Of a stretch of 64,000 nucleotides of DNA, positions 27,201-39,200 are shown piece by piece. Numbering within the stretch: the first letter of the stretch is position 1; each line of letters begins with the position of its first letter. Under the pieces are notes generated by a model. The model saw only the letters and a program-made list of their open reading frames with translations, ran no database searches and had not been told where the DNA came from. The translations under genes and the position numbers were made by a program. Origin of the DNA: Antedon mediterranea (lineage: Eukaryota > Animalia > Echinodermata); assembly GCF_964355755.1 (NCBI RefSeq), contig NC_092670.1:14742795-14806794 (forward strand), read 5' to 3'.

Positions 27201-30200
27201 AAGTATTAATGGTGAACGAAGTATGAAATGTTGTGCCCTAATGACTTTAAAACCGTCACTGTCTTTGTTCAGTCCAATCATTGTTTTTTTCATTTTCATC
27301 ATGTGTGACACAAGTATGACAAACTCTAGTTTTTAGGAAATAGGATATGAATATTTTTCACAGAATAAAATGCCAGATGACACCTGTAAATACCAATAAC
27401 TAAATCATAGTTGTAAACTGATTTTAACTGGTTCCTGTTTAAATACCAGATAAAAACATATTATACCAGTAAACCAGTATTCTAGTTGTGCAGGAAATTT
27501 TTAGTCTGGAATGAATGAAACATCATGCAGATCGTGTAATTAAATGTTATACAGAACAATAAAAATTCATGAAAACCATCATAGAAACATTTGATGTCGC
27601 TGATGAATTACACATATCGATATAAAAATAACAACATACCATAACAGTTTGGTAATTCATCAGAATAAACACCATTTTCACACATGATTTCTGAAGCACC
27701 GTAGAGGTTACGTCCATCAGTACATGAGAAGGTGATAACGCTGCCGTGAGTGTAAGAGCCTGTATGAATACGGTACTCTTGTACGTCTATCGCCTGACAG
27801 TTTTCTGTAATGATAGCATTATTGTTATTATCAGTGGTTAATGGTAATCATTTAAGGATTTATGTAGGGATTATGTTTCCTCCAAAATGGACTAGCTAGC
27901 CTATTTACAAGCACCTTTTCCTCTGGTTTCTAGTTTATAAAGTCTCAAACCGCAATGTATAAGGTCTGTCGCAAAAGAAGACATATATGTTCTTGTGAAT
28001 TATACTTACTGCGACATACTGGTATACCACTACTCATTACACCATCTGAACAAGAGATGATGTGGTTGCCATCTACACTGTAACCATCATTACAGAAAAC
28101 CACAATACGTGCACCGTGGTCGAAACTGCCTTCAAATCGTCCATTTTCTATACTGGTGGGAGGTTCACATCCAGCTGTGGAATATAAGATTGAAAATAAT
28201 ATTTTGCTACATAGTTTAGTTTGTATTAGATTTTAGTAAAAGTAGTCCAGGAGGCTTTATTTTTTTGACATTTATTTTGCGTAATTTAGAATGCTATAAT
28301 ATAAGCATGGACATGAATCAGATATGTTTTCTGCAAGCTAGTTATTTGGCTGAATGGTACAGTATATAGAATTGGAGACCATTGTTTGGAAACCCATCAA
28401 TGTCATTGGTTTTTAGTTATTGATAGTTGAGAGAGATAGATTATTTAGAGGGTTAAGTTCAGTTATGTCTAGAAAATATTTATTCTTTCGCATAGAAAAT
28501 ATTATGTTAGAAAAAAAATGATGTCTAGGAGAAGTGGAAAATCATACAAATAAAAATTTACCTAAGCATGCTGGTGCTGGTGATGACCAAGCCCCATCAG
28601 TACATCTACTACTTGATTCACCATACATTGTGTATCCAGACATACATTTGAATGTTACAGTCTTTCCGTGATCAGGCTCACCAGAACTTGTGAGTTCAGA
28701 TGGCATGACCGGCAAATCACAATTTTCTGTGATCAAAAACATGTTAGAAAAATAGCTTAAAACACATATTTAGTAATGGCCCTACTCTGACATAAGTGTA
28801 CTGGATATTCAGTACATTAAACACACAAATTGTCCAATATAATTAAGTCAGAGTATGCTAAAAATCTTAATATTAACAAATAGCTCCCTGACGAAAAGCA
28901 ATTTGGTAGTGTTTGCATTTGGCCTATGTTAATTTTAAAAGTAAAAAACATTGAATTTAACTGGGACATTTCTTTTTAACATTAGACCATTAATTATAAT
29001 AAATGGATAGGATACATTTTGTTTTGTTTTATAAGTTTGTTATTTAAATGTTTATTTAAAGAGACTTAAAAAAGATTAGGCTTAGGAAAATACCATAACA
29101 ACGAGGCTTGTACGATGTCCAAACTCCATCTACACATGTTGATATATCATTTCCTATTAACGTATAACCATCATTACAGGTAAACCTAATGAGACTGCCG
29201 TGTGTGAATGGGCCTTCAACATTTCCATTTAGAAGTTTTCCTGGGTCGTCACAATTTACTGAAAAAATTATATTCCAATATTAATAATCCTTACATTGTC
29301 AAAAAGTCACTGCTCAGCATGTGAATAATTGGTTAATTGAAAACTGAGTTTTTGTTTACAAACCCGTCTTTTGTATCTTGAACTCTCTTTATTTACAAAG
29401 TTTTCTTTAAGTTAACTTAAGCACAACATTGTTTGTTGATTGTTTTGCTAAAACATGTCTGGCATCTAATTTTATATTTGTTTCTGCTATGTATGTTTAA
29501 CATTGCAAGATGTTTAACATTGATAGACACGATACCAAACGAAAAGTGAAGGTATAGTATCAAATACCTTGGCAGATTGGCAGCACACCATCATATTTTC
29601 CTTTCAAGCAGATCAGTGATGATAAACCTTCCAATGTGTATCCTTTGTTGCATCCAAATGTAACTGACGTTGAATGCTCGAATGAGCCTGCTGCTTTACC
29701 GTTCAAGATCGGATCATCATCACAATTTTCTTTTGAAAAAAAAGAATATAATATAGGATGACTATGCCTAATTTTTAAATGGAGTTCAATATAATTAATT
29801 GAATGAGAATAACTATATCATATAAAATGCTTAAGTAGATCCTTGTCATTTGATTGGATGATTTTTTTACTCACTGTAGCATTTTGGTACTGGAAAGTCA
29901 AATTCACCATTTTTGCAATTGATTTCATCTTTTCCATGAAGTGAATAACCTTCTTCACAAGAGAATCCAACCTGAGTTCCATCCGACACTATTGTTTCAT
30001 CATCAATTTTACCTTGAACAAACATTATCATTCCTACTGTTTCATCTGGTCGTTCACAATGAGTAGTGTTATCATTGTATTGACCTATATAAAAATAATA
30101 AAATGACTGCTCTTCAGTGGATATCAAATATAGGCATATGTGGTATAGAATCATGAAGGAGAAAGAAATAAGACTTTCTCTTTCACAGTAACCAATTCAA

Positions 30201-33200
30201 TATAACTTTAGTAACACCATATTGTCAAAAAGAAAATTCAAGTTGACATCTGTTACTGTAGCAATAGAATCCCCAGGAGAAATTAACAAAGTCTACTTAC
30301 ATGGAATCATATGCAGACTCTTTCTTCTGCAAGCTTTAACACGTAATTGACATTCACTGCTGTACCTTTGGCCATCAGATCCACACACTTCTCCCGTTAG
30401 TCGAAGACATGTATTACATTTGTATGGCTTTCTTAGCCCACAGGTGAAAGCTGGAACAATAAGTATCTATATATAAATTTACGTAAGGGTGTTTTCCGAT
30501 CGTGGTTTACACTGTCTAATGGATGTCCGTCTTAAAAAATACCCGCCACAAAAATGCGAGGAGGCTTCGCATTTTCCTATCTCCTCCTACGATAATTGTT
30601 TTTAATGGCTGAAAACCGGTTGAACAGCTAGAGTACACCATCATAATGTTGAAGACAGGCCGATTTTCTTTAAAAAATACTATTTTGATAGATTTAATAT
30701 ACGATATACAAATCTATTGATTTGCGATGAATGGAACATCCTAATCTCTCAGTCTGCCAGAGTTTGGTTTAACACAAGTACTGTAGGTAAATTTATGAGC
30801 CCTTGGTTTAACACATACGGTAGGTAAATATATGGGCCCTTTGAGAATAAACTTGCGAGATTGTGGATAGGCTCTACTGTTAGATATATAAACACATTAT
30901 TATATACAAATAAACTTTATACTGACAGTTCTTTCTCAACGTTTGTATTAATTAATAATTACCAAATATAAACATTGTAGTTGTGTATCGTGACATGGTA
31001 CTTTAATATTTCAATCGATTATGACAGTGACAGTTTTAACTAAACTAAATAAAGAATGTTCTCTAATATAATTAGGAATCTCTTGCCATACACGGGGAAA
31101 ATTAGTGTACAATGAATATTTAAAAGAAATAAATAAATAAATAAAATAAAAAAAAGTATTAAATCGCAAATGTTTTACTGTATTTAGAGGTATATTATTT
31201 ATAGGCCTATAAAACATGAAAAAAATATTTCGTTACTGAGTGGATAAAGAATAATAATATTTAAAAATTGTTCCTCTTTGTACCTATCCGCTTTCCCATC
31301 CCTCAACCCTAATGTTACATACAAAAAACAAATTGGGTTTCTTTAAATGAGTCCAAATCAATTAAAACTTGATTTTGTGATAAGTTTCTCCTTCGGAAGT
31401 AATTCCCAGGGTGCTAATTTTAGTTGACTACATAAATCATCGTGTCTATTTATTCGTTTCTGTAAACGACAATGTATATAGTCCTGCGGTACGTACATTT
31501 GAAATCGCCAGTTTTGTTACGCTGAAATTACTGTGTATTCGAGAACCATCTGTGGGCACGACCTAGATGGTACGCGAGGGAAGCGAGCGTACCATCTAGT
31601 ATATAGAATTTATGGTTGACTGCTTATTATGAGAACAGGATTATACGTTGTGGTCGGGATTTGAACCATGACTTTATGATGAGTTTATTTCATTTTTAGT
31701 AAATGATGTGTTGAAACAGTAGGCCTAGTAAACCTAATAATAGAGTAATTACCTTAAATTCTTTTTTCATTTAGTTGTTCTAACCTCCAGTACACAGTTC
31801 ACAATACAATTAGAGTACAGATACATGTTTGTTGGAATTGTTGTCAAGAAAAATAAAAGACTTTTTCATTTGTGAGCTTACCTCTACAATCTCCATGGTA
31901 TGATTTTCTAAGTGATGGATTTGAGCATTTTCTAGCATTATTAAGTTCACATTCATTGTCATAAGTAATACAGTCAGTACCACATACAGGATCTTTTATT
32001 GGCATACATTTACATCTACAACCTACAGTGAATTCAAAAGAAAAAATGTGTATTAAGTTTGCACATATTAAAAGCAATATTTACTTGTAAATGGATATTC
32101 GGTGTTCCAGAAACATTCAGTTTGAAGAATGGTATAACAATAAATTATTGTTATAGCACTTAGTTTATTAGTATTAATGTCTAAATGTATGGAACAGCTT
32201 ATGTCAATTTTTAATGAAGAAAAATCCATTTTTACATAATATAGAACTTATGATATGGTCCACTGTATGACAAGTTTCATTGCAAGTTGTTTCTCATGAC
32301 ACGGCTCACTGTCTGGTACTTATTTTAACGCTCATTCAAAGGGTCTACTGTTTAATTATAAGTTATGGGAGTACACTGTTTTGTCACTGAGGTCACTTTT
32401 AATTACTGTTTCTTAACCGAGTCCTTACCGTTGGATGCGCACTCCCCAAGAGATGCGCAGATCAGCGAGTTATCCAAGCATGAAGCTTTTTCTAGTTCGC
32501 ATCCATTCTGGTAAGTGTAGCCGTCGGAACCACATACTGGTTGATATTTTGTAGAACATTCTTTGCCGCATGGTCCTAATATAAAAACATATTAAGTTAC
32601 TTGTGCAATGCAATGAACAAAGTTTTTCTTGTGCAATTTTAAATAATTCAAGTGGTTCAAACGGCATGGTTTGCTAGTTAATTGGCACACCAATGATGAA
32701 GATGATGTAAATACAGAATACTGCCCTCTTCCAAAACCTGTCCGGTTGGACCAATTTTGACTGCCAAAACTGGTCCGGCCTGGATAAAATCAGTCGGGCA
32801 GTAGGGCTGTTTTTGTCTGCCAAATATGGTCCGGTCTTACAAATATATGGTGCGCAAAATTAGTCATAATGTATATCATTAATAAAAGGCCATGATTAGT
32901 CATTTTATTGAAAACTACAGGATAAATAAATTAAGCCCGTTTTTTAATCATTATTAGTAGCAACTCATCAATAATTAGTACTAATTGTTAGGCTTTTTGT
33001 GTATATCATCTCTGTCTGTTTTTATAATAATAGTTCATTCTTATATAGCGCATATAAGCAAGCTCTCAATGCGCTGCACATTATTACCCCAGTCATTTTT
33101 TGGATCAAACACGTATGGAAACATTCCCATAATAATGCAGCTAGTAGGCCTAATCAGCGCAAAGTTGTGTCTTGATCATATTATTCGATGTTGTTCTTTT

Positions 33201-36200
33201 GTTTTCGTTTCCCCATGAGGTTAAAAACAATATAATTTATTATGATTTATGGTTAATCAATCAATAAATCAATTTAATACAATTATTATAAAACAATTAT
33301 ACCAATATTGATTAGGCCGAAGAAGAAAAAAGGCCTCAATCATAAAATAAAATCTAGGTGGCGATATCAGCGTCCCATACCCGTTGTATGTGTGTGTGTG
33401 GCGGCAGGCTATGACTGAACACTAAAGTCATGTTTTTAGATAAAATACATTTATTTTTTATAGTATCCGACAAGATAACTTACAGTACTTATAATATATA
33501 TAATGGGATATTTTTCTAGCCATAAACAACTTAAAACATATCGTAAGCGTAGTAATTTAAATAAAATCGACAGACTGTTTTGGCCACAAATGTAGAGCCA
33601 AAACTGGCCCGACCGGACCGATTTTTGGCCCCCGGACCATGCTGTCGTGACAGATGCATAGATTAGAGTAGACTAGATTTAGAAGTAGTGTAATTAATTA
33701 GGTACCTGCTTATCGTGTTTAATTATTTCCATGTAAAATTAAATAACGGTGTTAAAATATATTATGATTGTGTTAGTAGTAGCCTATACAAACCTCGTTC
33801 ACAGTTGGTTCCAAAGAATCCAGCCCGACAAAGGCACCGACGATCTGTACCGCCATTCTCCAGTATGCACTTACCAGAGTTGTAACATGGATTTGGTTCA
33901 CAGAGATTTGTGTCTAAAATATCAAAGAAGATATATTAAATAATAATAATAAATAATGTTTATTTGAAATACCAGTGCATCAAGATTGTATAACAGTAGC
34001 GAAATAGTGTGAACACATTTCAATGGACCGCTCTGAAAGCTTTTATCCAAAAGTTGGCGTGTTGATCCAGAAAGAAAGTAACGTCAGCGATCTGGTCGAG
34101 TGATGATCTCTTCGTTGCCGCTGTTTCGCGTAGAACGTCCAGCAGTGAAACCTAAATCATGAATGGGGAAGCCGGTCGTCCCTCCCCTGGTAACCCTCTT
34201 ATTAAACCTACAGATCACAATCAACATTAAACGTGAATAATGTTCTCAGCTTCAAGCCCGTAGCCAGGATTTTTACAGGGGGGGGGTTCTTTTTTCCCAA
34301 AAAGGCCCCTCTTATGGGAATTACCTCCGGTGTAAACCAGCTTATATGATTTAATATCAAACGATCAAAACACCAATGATATTGGTCACCAGCTACAAGA
34401 GCACCCACCTCTCCTAAGAGTTTCCTGCCCCAGGACCTTGGCCTCATCATGGTTGGGGCAAGGGTAAGAAAAATTTGAAAAGATAGAGCGCTACAGGGGC
34501 GGTCGCAGACTCGCAGGACTATTTTAAGAGGATTGCCCAAAGACTCCAGTGCTGTAGACAATGAGTATTTGAGCAAGAAAATTGTTAAATGACACCCACT
34601 ACATGGTACTCTCGCACGTAAAATTCATAATAAATTGCACCTCTAGTTCGACGGAAATGTCACTCACTCATAGTGCGCTAGCAAACAGAGGATCGTAGCA
34701 TAATGTTATTCGACCGGTAATAAAAACATACGCGACTAACAATAGGCCTATAGGATAACATTTTTGTTTTCGTTCAATGCGAACGTCACGGGGAAGTTCC
34801 CGATGAAGGTACTTCTGGTACGGTATTACATTTTAATAACTGTAGGCCTACTCAATTATTGTAAATTTATTAGCAATTAATAATTTTAAAAAGTTATACA
34901 AAAAAATATGAAGCTGCTGCTATAAATATATTGCGCAAATCTTTAAATTGTGTTATTTTCAATTAAATGCTAAATAAAGTCAGATGTTAAAACCACAATT
35001 TCAAAAATTCATTTTTTATTTATCCACTATAAACTTTAAAAAAGTGTTGTTTAAACCACACTCCAAAATAAAACAAAGAAAATTATGATATGACATTTGC
35101 AGAAGGAAGCAAACTTTGCTCTGCTTCCGGTATATACACGGTTAAAATTTCGGAACTTCCATAAATTACTACGGAAATTCGGCCTAATATTTACGGACGA
35201 TGGAAATGAAGATAAATAGGGTACTACACGCATCGGGAAAAAAAACTATACGCACAATTATGATTTGGCCTAAAAATTGGCTTTAGATTATGGAAAACCC
35301 CCGGCAAAACGCAATAATTATGACAAATCGATTATCAGCCTTGGTAATATGCCTAATATTTAAAAGGAATGAATATAAGCTATATTTTTGTTTTGTCAAA
35401 AAGTTCATATTATGTGCATGCTTGATCCATTAGAGGTAATCTGTGATAGTTTTTATTGCTTGTATTATAACACAAGTTCATTTTGGATTTTCAGTAAATT
35501 ACCAATGGTTTATTTAAGGTCAACGCTGTAACTAATGCCTCACTATTCAATCAAAATGTTATTATTATACTACTAACTATATTGTTGAAAAATGGATTGC
35601 GTGATATCAAAATGGATTGATGTAAAACGTAACAAAGATACGATCTTGTCTCGTATTCATACAGTGATGAAGCGGAGGGTTGTTTTTGTAGCGTTCCATT
35701 TAAAATAATTTTTGTTACAAAGATATATTTTGGTTGTGAAGATCGCTAAATTCGTTGGCGCCAGACTTGCTTCTTTTACCAATTTTAACAATAAGCTAAC
35801 AACAAAACATTGAACAATGATAAAATGCCATAATACTGTAACTACTTTATGACTAAGTCTATCAAGTTCCGAGTTTGCTCAGCTACCGACGCGGTATAAT
35901 TCTCTGTTAATTCTGAAATTCGGCCTAATATTACGGACGTATACGGAAATGAAGATAAACTGGGTACTACACGGAAAAATAAACCTATACGCAAAACTAT
36001 GATTTGGCCTTAAATTATGGAAAAACGCAATAATTATGAACAAATTGACGACCCATATGACGGGTTTTTCCCGAACACACTGTGTGTTGGCCTCCTTTCG
36101 TACCTCTCATCAAGAGAGAGATACATCTCCCTGCTCTCTGACGCGCGCACCACAAGAAACTAGTCAATCAGAAATTTGTTCTGCGTATGTTCAGAAACGT

Positions 36201-39200
36201 ATCTACTTTTATCTGTGCGCGGTATAAGTAGGCCTATTGGTGACTGCTGTGCCAATTTACAAATATTCTCTTTCAGACTGGACTTCTATATAACGTATGA
36301 ATATTGATATTGTATACGAAGAAATGGGACTCAATTTTAATTTAGTGGCAGAAACAACATTTAGTATGAAATTAAGGGTGTTGCCCGGGCCACTAAGACA
36401 ACACCCCTGGGTCCGCCCCTGCGCTAGATGCTTGGAAATTAGTGTTATTGAAAATATCAGGATGTTTGGTAGAAAATATGCCTGATACTGTACACCGCAC
36501 CGCGGCACCATACCAAACTGTTGCTGTCCGACATGACTGTGCCCTACACACACCTGGCATGTTTCAGTTCATCACGTCTCCTTGTGTTTTTTAGGAAATA
36601 ATGACCCCCAACCCCTACCCGGGGGTGGGGGCTGCAGGATACAGTACAACAGTATAAAACAAGAAATAAGGCCATGGCCTAACTTGGCTGGGAGCATTGG
36701 ACAACTAGGTCTACTTGACCTGGCTGGGCTAGCTAAAGTAGGTAGGGGATAGCCTAGCTAGGCCTAAACAATTATCATAACATGTATTTGACTAATACAG
36801 TACAATTATAACAAAATAGGCTATAGCAAAATAGTCAACAAAATATTGATAATAAAATACAATCATTTTAAACTTAATATTGTGCCTTAAAAAGGGTTAT
36901 TTGATTGTCAATTGGCTGTGTTTACAAAGGGCTGCCACACACGCTATGGCTATACCATATTCTTTGGCTATAATAGAAGAGCAGCAGCTGGAAAGATGAC
37001 AGCACATGTTTTTCCACTGTATTTTAGTAACCAAAATGGTTGACATTTTTCGGGGAAAAGAATCATCAAAGACAGAAGTGAAGAATCTCTTTCTCCAATT
37101 ATTACACATTATTTAGGCCTACTATTAAATATTGTTTTTTTATTAACTATATTTTTTTTACATAAAAATTGATTTGTTTAATAAAAGAAACCATTTGGTT
37201 TAGCGACGTTAATTGCTGGTTTGGGGAACGCGATCGCGCAGGCGATCCGTAAAAATGATGGACTGATCGCTTTCGGAAATTCCCTTTTATTGTGTAAAAA
37301 GAGTGATGGTCACAAAGAGGAGACCTACGCAAGAAGGATCAAGTGATGAAGCAAGGAGTTCTTAATTAGAACTCCCTATGTAAGCAGGCCTAGAATAACC
37401 ATACCACACACCACAAGTGGCGAACGTCCCCTACTAAAAGCAACACGTGCGCAGTGTAACTAAAATGAACTAAGTTTTTTTGCGGGGCTAATACTAAAGT
37501 CAGAGACGGCAAATGATGTAAAATCACGAATTTTCTTTGTAAAATAAATTGAAAATTGAAAATACACTGGAAACGGCGGGAATACTAGCCTAGCTATTTT
37601 ATGATACGATCTTGCTATTTAGTAATAAAAGTAACATTTGCCTGCTGGCTATACTACAGAAAATGCAAAAAAATCATCATATGCTAGTCTGGTTTCAAAT
37701 GGCACTTCAGGAAAAAGGGGGTTCGTTCGAACCCTACGAACCCCCGTGGCTACGGGCTTGCTTTTCGCAGACGAAACGCCAAACATCCACGTATAATTCA
37801 GATTGTTGCAATTCACTTTTGGCAGACAGAACATTCAAGTGTGTTTCGATTGAACTAGCGCGTTTTGTTTGAAACTCGGAGGTGCTCCAGAGCATGTCCA
37901 ATTTGTAAAACATTTAATACGTGTATATTAACATTACTATATAGGGCAGGTGAAAGTCTCCAAAACGAATAATGCAGAAATGAGAATATAATTTATGTTT
38001 TAAGGATTTGATGATTCCATTGTATAAACTGAATGTTCGCTTCCTTCAAGGAACTGTTAAGCAACGTTTAGGCTTGCAGAGCCTGTAGAATTAATGCATT
38101 TTTTTAACCATCTTAGGGAACTCTATAATTCTGAACATGTCTACTTAAAAAAACATGTTAATAACTAGGCATGGTGGATGTCTCCAAAACTAATAATACG
38201 GAAATGAGTAGTAGTTTTACGTTTAATTCATTCTTTTAATGATATGGAATGGAATACTCATTTTTAAAGTAGCCTTTGGGGTTTGTAATAGCCTATAAAA
38301 TGTATTATTTTTTATATTATTTCAAGTTCAGTATTTAGCTATGCCACATGCCCAGTGTATTTTAATGCTTCTCTTCCTGTTATTCATATCATGTTCTCAC
38401 TTTTCTAGTGATCAGTACACTAGGCGGATCACCTGTTGAGATTGTTTGGCTTGTCTTTATGTTTGACTTATTGCCTTATTAAGGATGTGGCACGGGATGA
38501 CGTGTATATCAAACCGTAATAATGTTCCACTTCAGAGAACACTAATTTTTAAGTAGCTTTTGGGTTTTGTAGTAGCCTATAAAAATAATAGAGGTTTTCC
38601 AACCGTAATGACTTTCATGATTTCTGTATTTTTCATCTGTTTAACATGTATACTTCTAACCAAATCCTGTTAACAGTGCCACCCACGTAAATACATGATT
38701 TAAACAAACACATCTTTTTTTTTACAAAGGTCAATGCCCCTCCTCTACAGTAAGAACCCACCCTCCCTTCTTTCATGTTTCGTAACATAAAAAAGTAACT
38801 CAGTGTGTAGAGTATTGACTGTGGTCGCCGGTTATATCACCTATGCATGTCCCTTCACACCAAATTCACATGAAGAACGTTCTATCATGTCCTATTGCTA
38901 AATATTTAATCACTTCGGGTTTTAGAATACAATATTTAAATCCCTTCTATGAATGAAGAGGAAAACCGTAATATTTCTTTATAATGCCGTGTTTAAATTC
39001 GGCCTATGGAAGAGTATAATGTTATTTATACCATGTTCACATAAGGCCTACAAACAGCACAACATAATACAAGCACTGTCAAACAGCTTACATTAATCCA
39101 TGCTTCTAATACACTTACCATGTTCACACCTGTAACCAGAGTACCCTGGTAGACATTCACAATACCCATCATCCCCATCTGTTAAGCATGTACCCCCGTT

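Noticed and set aside
3506-27336. Plus-strand ORFs overlapping CCP exons (e.g. 3651-3926, 7110-7328, 10901-11092, 21575-21811)
   Set aside because: Antisense shadows of real exons with no recognisable domains
34253-37760. Single intact autonomous hAT transposon
   Set aside because: No transposase ORF and the 8-bp flanks (CTCAGCTT / CTTTTCGC) disagree; kept only as a low-confidence composite
37950-38590. Short direct repeats (GTCTCCAAAAC.AATAAT; AAGTAGC.TTTGGG) about 220-290 bp apart
   Set aside because: Too decayed to define a unit or element
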